Source of the DNA: an uncultured Pseudomonadales bacterium
Lineage (GTDB): Bacteria; Patescibacteriota; Microgenomatia; UBA1400; PJMF01
NCBI GenBank assembly: GCA_964412775.1
Contig: CAYPPX010000001.1
Span: 1,122 to 65,121 of the forward strand
Direction: 5' to 3'
Length of the DNA stretch: 64,000 nt
Shown here: in pieces, positions 8,522 through 17,324 of the stretch
Position numbering within the stretch: position 1 is the first letter of the stretch
Layout: every line of letters starts with the position of its first letter
The notes under the pieces: model-generated
What the model was told of the DNA's origin: nothing
The model's input: the letters and a program-made list of their open reading frames with translations, nothing else
The model's database searches: none
Position numbers and translations under genes: made by a program

Positions 8522-9529
8522 TTGCGAAATAAGTCCAATCAGGTTAACCTTAGTATCATGACTAAGGTTGTTGTAATCGGAGGTGGTACGGGCTCATCCG
8601 TAGTGCTCTCCAGTTTGAAAAACTTACCTGGAGTTGATTTAACTGCGTTACCAGTTGTCACTGATTCTGGTGGTTCTACCGGCAGACTAAGAGATGAGTT
8701 TGGGTTTTTACCAGTAGGCGATGTTAGACAATGTCTAGCTGCGATGGCTGACGACCAAACTCAACAAGATATCAAAGAACTTTTACTTTATCGTTTTGCC
8801 AAAGGCACCGGTCTCAAAGGTCATAATCTGGGCAATCTAATTTTGACGGCTTTAGAAGACTTAAAACTTGAACCAGGTAAAGCCATCGAAACTGCTAGTA
8901 AAATCTTTAGAATTAAAGGTAAAGTTTTACCAGTAACTCAAGATAATACTCACTTACTAATTACCTATGAAGATGGCCAGCAACTTGTGGGTGAACACTT
9001 CTTGGATGACCATGGTCGAGGTGGTAAGAAAATTACCAAAATTGAACTAACTAAACCAGCAAATCTTTATCAACCAGCCGGTCAAGCTATTCTAGAAGCT
9101 AATATTATTGTGGTTGGACCTGGAGACCTCTATGGTAGTTTACTTCCAAATACGCTCGTAACCGGATTTAAAGATGTATTTAAAAAATCCTCAGCTAAAT
9201 TTATTTACTTTACCAACCTGATGACCCATTTTTCTCAAACTCATAATTTAACAGCTAGTGATCATGTTAAGATCATTACTAACTATTTTGGTAAATCACC
9301 AGACTTGGTAATCGTTAATACCGAAAAAATTTCACCCAAAATTTTAGCTTCTTATAAACAAGAGAAAGAATATCCTGTAGTTGATGACTTGGCCGAAACT
9401 TCTCAAATCGTGAGAGCTGAATTAGTTTCTAAAGTGATAGAAAAACAAAGCTCAAACGACCAAATTGCTCGTAGTTTATTGCGTCATGATGCTAAAAAGG
9501 TCACTGAGATCTTTGCTAAATTAATTTAA
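8522..9529 (+). CDS. YvcK/UPF0052 (CofD-like) family protein, gluconeogenesis factor-like
   Basis: VVVIGGGTGSS glycine-rich N-terminus and VVTDSGGSTGRLR motif characteristic of the YvcK/CofD family. Confidence 0.75.
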   Translation: MRNKSNQVNLSIMTKVVVIGGGTGSSVVLSSLKNLPGVDLTALPVVTDSGGSTGRLRDEFGFLPVGDVRQCLAAMADDQTQQDIKELLLYRFAKGTGLKGHNLGNLILTALEDLKLEPGKAIETASKIFRIKGKVLPVTQDNTHLLITYEDGQQLVGEHFLDDHGRGGKKITKIELTKPANLYQPAGQAILEANIIVVGPGDLYGSLLPNTLVTGFKDVFKKSSAKFIYFTNLMTHFSQTHNLTASDHVKIITNYFGKSPDLVIVNTEKISPKILASYKQEKEYPVVDDLAETSQIVRAELVSKVIEKQSSNDQIARSLLRHDAKKVTEIFAKLI

Positions 9530-9536
9530 CTAACAA

Positions 9537-11267
9537 CTAATTATCTGCTCCATACTGACGAAGAACTTGTTTTACTCCAGTTTCTAAATTAAGCAATACT
9601 TCTTCTTCATCTTCTCCACCCACTAAATCATTAATTGCTGTTTCATAGTACTCAATAATTTGATCGTTAATTCCATTATCATGAGTCGCAGAACTCATAT
9701 ACCAACCAGTAGCAATTGGTGCATCTTTGAGAATACCAGCAACATAAGGGTCGCTAGCTAACTCTTGAGCTAAATCAACCCTAGAGTAGGGTTCGCCAAA
9801 AGTACGGATATTGCTTTGAGCTGAGTAAAGTTTTTTCATGACATCGGCACTAGTCAAATATTTTAAGAATTTCCAAGCTTCTTCCTTAGCCTTACTCTTT
9901 TCGTTAACCCCTTCTGCCCAATAGTTGGCCCAAGCAATATGTTCATCTGATAATTGAGGAACAGGAGCAATAGCAAAATCTAAACTTGGGTTAAGTTCCT
10001 TTACTTCGTGGGCTCTCCAAGTAGGCGCAAACATCATCGCTGCATCACCTTTGGCAAAAGCAACTGTTGAGGTTGGTAAAGAAGTATCCCAAACAGCATC
10101 TTCTGTCACAAAGTTGCTATAAAAAATTAAAGCATCTCTCACTTCGGTAAAGGCTGGTTCAGCTGGATCACCTCCATTTTGTAAAATTAATAAACCTAAA
10201 ATATCAGAAAAGTGATCAACATTATCCGTGTTACCAATTGCCAAACCACCTCTGGTAATATTCCCCCCTTTACGAGCATTTTTATCTGCAGGCACACTTA
10301 AATCTGAAGCCAACTTTTTCAATTCTGCCCAGGTGGCTGGTGGTTGAACACCCGCTGTTTGTAAAATGTCTTTATTATAGTAAAGGCCCAAACCTTCATA
10401 CATCATAGGTAAACCAACAATCTTGCCATCTATTTGCAACATTTGTGAAGCTGATGGATAAAAACTCTCTTTAAACTCAGTCGCACTCATCACACTGGCA
10501 GGTAAAACTGCTAACTCTGTACTTAACATTGGTACCCAAGAAGCATGGTAGCGAAAAATATCTGGACCATTACCAGAAGCAATGGCTGTTTGGAGTCTTT
10601 CTCGATAATCTTTATGTGATTGGACCCGATAATCAATCTTAACACCTGGATTTTTGTTTTGGTATTCTTGAATCACCTCATCCAAAACCCCATTTGGTTC
10701 CCATAACCCCCAATAAGTTAAAATAGTTTGTTCAGTTGGCTGTTTAACCTGTTGAGTATTATTAGAGTTGGCAGAATTATTACTAGCAGTATTGACTGAA
10801 GTAGTTTTACTCCCTCCAAAAACATTAGCCAATAAACTGCCCACTACACCTAGACCAATTAAAGTCAAAGCAATAATCAAAATCATTTTTTTAGGATCTT
10901 TGGCTTTGGCCATTTGAGGTGGTGCCTGACCAGCAGGTGGTTTAGAACTAGTTGAACTTCCTCCAGCAACCGGAGTTGGTGGATTAGCCACTGGATTCTT
11001 GACTTGAGGGATATTAATTGTTGGCGCAGCTTGACCCAAATTTGGTGGAGTATCAGTCTTTAAAGATGGTGGTGGCGGTGACTGATCTAGCTTTGGAGCT
11101 AGATTTGGATTCACCCCATCCATTTTAGGCACACCAGCTGGAGCAACGGATCGGCCAATTTTAGCTGGATCAGGCATTACCTGGTTAGCTGGCACAGGGC
11201 TAGAGCCAGGACCAACTGACTTATTAGCACTATTTGGATCGGTAGGCTTCGGTAGTGGTGTATTCAT
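9537..11267 (-). CDS. Membrane-anchored extracellular solute-binding protein (ABC transporter SBP family 1-like) with a Pro-rich N-terminal extension
   Basis: Low-complexity Pro-rich N-terminus, single TM segment, then a ~400-aa domain with the sugar-SBP-like pattern (TYWGLWEP..., aromatic-rich). Confidence 0.5.
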   Translation of the reverse strand: MNTPLPKPTDPNSANKSVGPGSSPVPANQVMPDPAKIGRSVAPAGVPKMDGVNPNLAPKLDQSPPPPSLKTDTPPNLGQAAPTINIPQVKNPVANPPTPVAGGSSTSSKPPAGQAPPQMAKAKDPKKMILIIALTLIGLGVVGSLLANVFGGSKTTSVNTASNNSANSNNTQQVKQPTEQTILTYWGLWEPNGVLDEVIQEYQNKNPGVKIDYRVQSHKDYRERLQTAIASGNGPDIFRYHASWVPMLSTELAVLPASVMSATEFKESFYPSASQMLQIDGKIVGLPMMYEGLGLYYNKDILQTAGVQPPATWAELKKLASDLSVPADKNARKGGNITRGGLAIGNTDNVDHFSDILGLLILQNGGDPAEPAFTEVRDALIFYSNFVTEDAVWDTSLPTSTVAFAKGDAAMMFAPTWRAHEVKELNPSLDFAIAPVPQLSDEHIAWANYWAEGVNEKSKAKEEAWKFLKYLTSADVMKKLYSAQSNIRTFGEPYSRVDLAQELASDPYVAGILKDAPIATGWYMSSATHDNGINDQIIEYYETAINDLVGGEDEEEVLLNLETGVKQVLRQYGADN

Positions 11268-11293
11268 AAATAAGTTACAATTAACTGTCTATT

Positions 11294-13222
11294 ATGGAGC
11301 GTTTTCTTCAGCCTATCAAGTTCGTTTTTTCTCAGAACTCTAAAAAAAAGAGTTCTCAAGCTGTATTTATTGAGGAAAAACTAAATCCATTCAACCAAAA
11401 ACCCCCAAAAACTAACTACTTAGCTGGAGTTTCACTTATCACTGTTCTTTCAACTGCTCTCCTATTTATAGTTTACTCATCTAGCAAGTTTTTACCTGAA
11501 ACCTATGTTGAAGAAGTTAGGATCGGTGGGCTAACCAAAGAAGAAGCTATTCAAAAAATAACCAATCATTACCCCACTCCACCTGAACACACCATCACTC
11601 TTGGGTTTGATAGCCAATCATTTTTAGAACAGCAACCAGAAACACTTAGTAATTTTACTAATGAGTCTCTAAGTGTTACTACCAATTCGGCAGAATTAGC
11701 GGCTAGTTATGACTACCAAACAACCGTCAATGACATATTAACTAATCAACAAAAAAACAAATTAAATTGGTTAAAACAGTTAATTTTTGAACCAAATAAA
11801 CAAAAATTATTTGTTTTACCCATCAAATATGACTCAGACAAATTAAAACTCTTTGTACAAAACTTTAAAAATAAATTTGACCAGCCTCTAGATTTACCTA
11901 GGGTTAGTTTGGAGATCACAAATTCACCTCAGAGCTTAGTTTTAAATCCAGGTAGTAATACTTTAGCGATTGAACTTGATAAAACTTTGGAAAAAATAAC
12001 CACAGAACTAAGAGAAACTAGCCATTTAACTAATATTAAAAAACGACCAATCCTATCGTTAGAACCAGAATTAGTTTGGGCTAGCAAAACTTTAACTCCT
12101 GAAGAAAAAGTAACAGCTTTAAAAACTGCACAACAGTTAGTTGGAACTGAACTAACCCTTAAATACGATGTCATTACCAAAAAAATCAATGACCAGCAAT
12201 TAGTCTCATTTTTAACTTTTCCAACTGGTTTTATTGATGAAAAACTTGATGAACTAATTGATTCATGGAAAAAAGAACTTGATCGGCCAGCCAAAAATGC
12301 AGAATTTGAGTTTGATAAACAAAGTTTTATCGTTACCAAGTTTTCTCCAGATAGAGAAGGTCTTGCCCTTGATAAGGATCAACTTAAAACTTTGCTGAAA
12401 GAGACTATTAATAACTTGATGATCAACAACCAAGAAAAAACCAAAGAACTAACTTTACCTTTTGTAACTACCACTCCAGATTTAACTTTGGAAAAAACCA
12501 ATAACTTGGGTATTAACCAAAGAATTGGTTTTGGGGAAAGTTATTATGCTCATTCAATTCCAAGCAGAATTCATAACGTTGCTTTAGCAGCCAAAAGAAT
12601 TAATTATTCAATCATCGCGCCTGGCAAAGAATTCTCCTTTAATAAAGCCATTGGCGATGTTTCAGCTCAAACAGGTTTTCAATCAGCTTATGTGATTAAA
12701 GATGGCCAGACTGTCTTGGGCGATGGTGGTGGTGTGTGTCAGGTTAGTACTACTTTATTTAGAGCCCTGCTTAATGGGGGCTTAGATATTACTCTTAGGT
12801 TACCTCATAGCTATCGGGTCAGTTACTATGAACTTGATAACCAACCAGGATTTGATGCAACCGTTTATGATGGTAATGTAGATCTCAGGTTTATCAATGA
12901 TACGCCCAACTATATTTTAATTTACACTGAAACTGATAGTAATAACCTTTATATGAAAGTTGAACTTTATGGCACTAGTGATGGACGAACAGCCGAGATA
13001 TCTAATTACAAATCTTGGGGTTATAGCCCACCCCTACCTCCTGTTTATGTACCAGACCCATCTCTCCCTACTGGTAAATTAAAACAAATTGACTGGTCAG
13101 CTAGTGGGATTAAAGCAGAGTTTACTTATACAGTTAAAGATAAAAACGGTAAAATTATTAGAGAAAAAACTTACTACTCTAATTATCGACCTTGGGCAGC
13201 AAAGTATCTGCAAGGAATTTAA
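11294..13222 (+). CDS. VanW-domain protein, membrane-anchored
   Basis: N-terminal TM; C-terminal region with GDGGGVCQVSTTLFRALLNGG, typical of the VanW family. Confidence 0.6.
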   Translation: MERFLQPIKFVFSQNSKKKSSQAVFIEEKLNPFNQKPPKTNYLAGVSLITVLSTALLFIVYSSSKFLPETYVEEVRIGGLTKEEAIQKITNHYPTPPEHTITLGFDSQSFLEQQPETLSNFTNESLSVTTNSAELAASYDYQTTVNDILTNQQKNKLNWLKQLIFEPNKQKLFVLPIKYDSDKLKLFVQNFKNKFDQPLDLPRVSLEITNSPQSLVLNPGSNTLAIELDKTLEKITTELRETSHLTNIKKRPILSLEPELVWASKTLTPEEKVTALKTAQQLVGTELTLKYDVITKKINDQQLVSFLTFPTGFIDEKLDELIDSWKKELDRPAKNAEFEFDKQSFIVTKFSPDREGLALDKDQLKTLLKETINNLMINNQEKTKELTLPFVTTTPDLTLEKTNNLGINQRIGFGESYYAHSIPSRIHNVALAAKRINYSIIAPGKEFSFNKAIGDVSAQTGFQSAYVIKDGQTVLGDGGGVCQVSTTLFRALLNGGLDITLRLPHSYRVSYYELDNQPGFDATVYDGNVDLRFINDTPNYILIYTETDSNNLYMKVELYGTSDGRTAEISNYKSWGYSPPLPPVYVPDPSLPTGKLKQIDWSASGIKAEFTYTVKDKNGKIIREKTYYSNYRPWAAKYLQGI

Positions 13223-13247
13223 AAATATTAACTGCAAAAAAACCACA

Positions 13248-13277
13248 CCCCTTCTACCCCGTGGGTAAGTGTCTCAT
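13248..13277 (+). repeat. GC-rich ~30-nt intergenic element, copy 2 (CACCCCTTCTACCCCGTGGGTAAGTGTCTCAT)
   Basis: 21/21 core identity (CCCCGTGGGTAAGTGTCTCAT) with copy 1; lies ~30 nt after the stop of the VanW-like gene. Confidence 0.5.
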
Positions 13278-13379
13278 ATTAATCTGTCTTTTAGCTTAAA
13301 AATACCCAAAAGTGATCAATTTGAACTTTTAAGATTGGTTTGACTAGTATCTGTTTATTTCAGTACACTGTTAGAGCTG

Positions 13380-13727
13380 ATGAAAATTATTTCAATGAAA
13401 CAGCTGAGACAAAAATTCACCTCCATGCGGAAAGCTCTGGATCGTGGTGAGAGTTTTTTATTGATGTACAGGTCAAAACCACTAGCTGTAATTAGACCAT
13501 ACGAAGCCAATAAAGATATTCATCTGCTAGTGCCAGAAGAAGAAAAGCCACAGCTACCAACAGCAAAACCACTCAATAAATTACCTGAACCAAAAAATAT
13601 TGCGATTGAACCTAGAAATATCCCCCAACTACCTGCTACTAACGAAAAACTTTTAACTGCTAAAACTGCAACCACTCACACTAGTAAACCTCTTGATAAA
13701 TTTAAACTCAAAAAAGTTTTTGCTTAG
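13380..13727 (+). CDS. Phd/YefM-like antitoxin-domain protein with a Pro-rich C-terminal extension
   Basis: N-terminal ISMKQLRQKFTSMRKALDRGESFLLMYRSKPLAVIRP fits the Phd/YefM pattern (sxxexRxnlxxvl..gexvxItrrgkPvAVl); no toxin partner visible. Confidence 0.4.
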   Translation: MKIISMKQLRQKFTSMRKALDRGESFLLMYRSKPLAVIRPYEANKDIHLLVPEEEKPQLPTAKPLNKLPEPKNIAIEPRNIPQLPATNEKLLTAKTATTHTSKPLDKFKLKKVFA

Positions 13728-13759
13728 TTTTTTAAGCCCAAATTAAATTCAGTTCCTGA

Positions 13760-15520
13760 TTAGTTTTTGTGTTCAATGTTGAAAAATGCAAAGCTACTTT
13801 GAGGAATTCGCAAATAACCAGGAGCTCTCAAATTAAAAGTTTCCTTAAACTCACTCCCAGAAATAGAGATTGTGCCTTTATTAGTATTCAAAGTAACAGT
13901 TGCCGTTTGACCATTGCTATTATGGCTAACTGAAACACTAGAAATACTGGTAACAGCTCCACCAGAGTTATTGGCTTTATCTCTTAGTTCTGAAATCGAG
14001 TAAGGACTACCACCTTGGCCACCAATATTACACTCATTAATCGTCGTTGGAGTAATTTTGTTTAGATCAGCACCATTGGGATTTTTTCTAACAATCCAAG
14101 CATTGATGATGTCAGCAAACTCTTCTTGTGACAACCAGGGATGAGCTCTACCACAGCTAGCCCCAGAAGAAGAGTAACCGGAGCGATACCATGATTTGTA
14201 AAACCAAGGACTGCCCGCTTTATTTTCCCAAGCCCTAGTTGACCAATCACCAGAATTTGATTTATCGGTCGTGTCCCAATTACTAGTATTGCTGTAACCA
14301 CCATGCGTTGAAGCATATTGCGTGGAAACTGGATTTCCACTGCCATCAACTAACACCCAGTTTTTGGTTTCATTGACAGCCGTTTGCCAATTACCACCTT
14401 TGGGTGAATCTTTATAAACTTGGCAACTTTCAGTTGTACAAATTGATCTAGCACCATTATCAGTATATTTGATGGCAAAAGTTCTGGCCGCAATAGCTTG
14501 AGCCTTGAGAGCATTAAGTGGCCATGAGCCTGGCATTTCATAGATTCCTTGTAAATATTGATCTTCAAAAGACCGGCTTCCATAACCCTCCACATTAATT
14601 GAACTCATTTCAGCGTAATCTTTTTTAATCGTCGTTCCTGGATAATAAGCTGCCAGGATTTCTTCGACTGACTGACCTGCCTCTGCTCTAGCTTTAGCTC
14701 CATACTGACTCATACCATTGCGGTGGGTGTAAGCTCCAAAACTAAACACAGCAAAAGAATTACTGGGAGCTTGAGCTTTATAAGCAATTGAAGCGTTAAA
14801 GTCATCTGCCAAAGGCACCTCACCCACTGAAGTCGTATAAGTTCCAGAACGAGCATTAATAATTGCTTCCTGCTGAGCTGATAACGAAGCAATTTGACCA
14901 GCTAGATTGGTTTGATAGTTTTTGGCTTTACCAATCTCGACTTTAAAAAAACTAGCCTGGCTATCCAGTTGTTTCTCTAAACTTGCTAGTTTTAATTGAT
15001 CTTGTTCTAGTTTTTGTTTATCTGACTCAAGGGCTGTGATTTCATCAGTCAAAGATCTAATTAACCGATTGTCTTGTGCTTGAACTGAAGAGCTATAAGC
15101 TAAATTTTTAGTTAGTTTACTGGCATTACTACTATTAAAGAAAAGTAATAGTGGTGAAAAAGTTCTAGATCTTTTGTACTGTTGGGCAATTCTGTTAGAA
15201 AAAATAATGTACTGAACAGCGATATCATCTTCTCTATTCTCAATAGTTTTTTCTAACTCCTTAGTTTGGTTCTGGGCATTGATAATTCCTTGTCGAGCAT
15301 TAGTAATTTTTTTCTCCAAAGAACTAAGCTCTTGCTCAAGTGGTTTGGTAGCATCTTCTGACAGTTTTTTGAGTTGTTCTAGTTCATCAATTTGTCGTTG
15401 TAAGGTTTCGACAGGATCTTCTGCAAAAACCGGTTGGGAAAACAACTTTGAAAAACTCAAACTAGCACCAATCAACAGCAACAAAAACACTAAAGATAAT
15501 GATCTTTTTTGTCTAAACAC
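13760..15520 (-). CDS. SpoIID/LytB-domain secreted protein with an N-terminal coiled-coil
   Basis: Signal peptide, extended coiled-coil (repeated E/Q/L heptads), then LKAQAIAARTFAIKYT (SpoIID signature) and Cys/Trp-rich C-terminus. Confidence 0.55.
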   Translation of the reverse strand: MFRQKRSLSLVFLLLLIGASLSFSKLFSQPVFAEDPVETLQRQIDELEQLKKLSEDATKPLEQELSSLEKKITNARQGIINAQNQTKELEKTIENREDDIAVQYIIFSNRIAQQYKRSRTFSPLLLFFNSSNASKLTKNLAYSSSVQAQDNRLIRSLTDEITALESDKQKLEQDQLKLASLEKQLDSQASFFKVEIGKAKNYQTNLAGQIASLSAQQEAIINARSGTYTTSVGEVPLADDFNASIAYKAQAPSNSFAVFSFGAYTHRNGMSQYGAKARAEAGQSVEEILAAYYPGTTIKKDYAEMSSINVEGYGSRSFEDQYLQGIYEMPGSWPLNALKAQAIAARTFAIKYTDNGARSICTTESCQVYKDSPKGGNWQTAVNETKNWVLVDGSGNPVSTQYASTHGGYSNTSNWDTTDKSNSGDWSTRAWENKAGSPWFYKSWYRSGYSSSGASCGRAHPWLSQEEFADIINAWIVRKNPNGADLNKITPTTINECNIGGQGGSPYSISELRDKANNSGGAVTSISSVSVSHNSNGQTATVTLNTNKGTISISGSEFKETFNLRAPGYLRIPQSSFAFFNIEHKN

Positions 15521-15622
15521 AACTTCATTATATCGGCGACTTTACTGATAAGCTACGACTAGCTCAAATAAAGCGAAACATGTTAGAATATAAATCACTT
15601 AAACCAGATATAAATCTTAGTC

Positions 15623-16876
15623 ATGATTAAAATTAAACAATCATTTTTTGTTTCAGTTGGGAAAACTTTATTGAGTTTAGTCTTATCAGGTTTAGTTTTT
15701 GTTACCACCCCAGCCCCAGTTATGGCTGCTAGTTGTCGAGGAGTTTTGGCCGGGCCAGGCACAACCTTGCCTGCTTATCAAGACGGAGATACTCACACTG
15801 TTAAAATCGACATGAACAGCTATGACAAAAATCAATCTTTTTACTTAAAAGTTAAAAATACCTCTGGCACAGATGATGAAGCTCAGACCCCAACTTTCAA
15901 AATTGATAGAAATGGCACTTACCAAAATGGAGATGGGACTGTTACCGTCAGAAATGGCGTTGTTACCTGGGTAATTACTGACAAAGAAGCTCTAGAAAGC
16001 GCTCCTCTATCTGGAGAAAATGACACTCATTTTATTAAACTTTATGACCACGGGGCTGGCAGTAATGTTTTATGTGATGTTGGTACCTACGAAACCACCA
16101 AAAATACCACTGGTGGAAAATGTGCCCTTTATGTGTCTCAGAGTAGAACTGTTGGTGGTCAAAGTGCAACTTGTTATTCTAGTGGTTGTTTAGATACTGC
16201 TACGACTGATACCAAGATAGAAGTAGAAAAATTAGAAGATAATGAAGGTAAACCTTTTAATGGTAAAGTCAGATTCGTGATTAAGGGTGGTAGTACTCCA
16301 GATAAAATTGTTAATGCTAGTAACGGTAAAGCCTCAACGGTTTTTGCTGCAGATAATGAAACTAACTATGAAATTAAGGTTGAAATTGAACGAACTGGTA
16401 ATAACTTTGACTTTGCTGGTTGTTCAACTTCTTTTACAGCTGTAGACAAGTGTTCAGATGATACTTGTGATGAAATTAGAACTGATGTTTCTGGTAACGC
16501 CCTAGTTAAAAACTTTGAACTATGTGAACAAGTAACCCCAGATGATATCGGTAAATGCCAAGCTTGTTTTGGTGGAGAAAGTTACAATGGCCAAGCTGGA
16601 GTTTGGACAGCGATCGGTTGTATTCCAGCTAAACCAGATAGTATTATCAAGACTTTTATTACCATTGGTCTAAGTATTGGCGGTGGAGCAACATTTTTAT
16701 TAATTCTAGCTGGTGCCTTTAGACTTTCGGTCTCACAAGGAGATCCTCAAGCCACCAAAGATGCTAAAGAACAAATTTCTTCGGCTATAATTGGCTTAGT
16801 TTTCATTATTTTTTCAATTACCATGTTGAGATTTATAGGGGTCAACTTATTCCAGATTCCTGGTTTTGGAGGCTAA
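15623..16876 (+). CDS. Secreted Cys-rich protein with C-terminal pilin-like (VirB2/TrbC-like) two-helix module; candidate minor pilin or tip adhesin
   Basis: Signal peptide, ~20 Cys in the ectodomain. The C-terminus ITIGLSIGGGATFLLILAGAFRLSVSQGDPQATKDAKEQISSAIIGLVFIIF matches the hydrophobic-loop-hydrophobic layout of the pilin-like paralogs at 50-53 kb. Confidence 0.45.
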   Translation: MIKIKQSFFVSVGKTLLSLVLSGLVFVTTPAPVMAASCRGVLAGPGTTLPAYQDGDTHTVKIDMNSYDKNQSFYLKVKNTSGTDDEAQTPTFKIDRNGTYQNGDGTVTVRNGVVTWVITDKEALESAPLSGENDTHFIKLYDHGAGSNVLCDVGTYETTKNTTGGKCALYVSQSRTVGGQSATCYSSGCLDTATTDTKIEVEKLEDNEGKPFNGKVRFVIKGGSTPDKIVNASNGKASTVFAADNETNYEIKVEIERTGNNFDFAGCSTSFTAVDKCSDDTCDEIRTDVSGNALVKNFELCEQVTPDDIGKCQACFGGESYNGQAGVWTAIGCIPAKPDSIIKTFITIGLSIGGGATFLLILAGAFRLSVSQGDPQATKDAKEQISSAIIGLVFIIFSITMLRFIGVNLFQIPGFGG

Positions 16877-17309
16877 AACAATGACTAAAAAAATAATCAA
16901 AAGACTAGCTATCACTTCAACCGGTTTATTGGTCATGCTATTAACTGCTTCAAATGTCTTGGCAGCGACCGGCTTATCAGGTGCCGAAAACTCTTATGAG
17001 GTTACGTCTGATGTTTTGGATTCTTTTGACCCACTCAAGGTTGCCGGCTCACCTCAAGCTTCAACTTTATCTACTCCAGGTGGAATCATTAGTCGCTTAT
17101 TAGAATTTATCTTTCCTTTAGCTGGATTTGGTCTCTTTATCATGATTTTAGCTGGAGGCTTACAGATTTTAGCTGGAGCTACTAATGCCAAAGGCTTAGA
17201 AGAAGGTAAAAAAAGAGTCACTATGGCTATAGTTGGGTTTTTGATTTTATTTGCTTCTTACTGGATAGCTCAAATTCTTGAGGTGATTTTTGGGGTTAAT
17301 ATTGTTTAA
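16866..17309 (+). CDS. Pilin-like small membrane protein (VirB2/TrbC-like architecture)
   Basis: Signal peptide, hydrophobic helix (FIFPLAGFGLFIMILAGGLQIL), basic loop (KGLEEGKKR) and second helix (VTMAIVGFLILFASYWIA); start overlaps the preceding gene. Confidence 0.5.
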   Translation: MEAKTMTKKIIKRLAITSTGLLVMLLTASNVLAATGLSGAENSYEVTSDVLDSFDPLKVAGSPQASTLSTPGGIISRLLEFIFPLAGFGLFIMILAGGLQILAGATNAKGLEEGKKRVTMAIVGFLILFASYWIAQILEVIFGVNIV

Positions 17310-17324
17310 AACAACTAAATTTTT

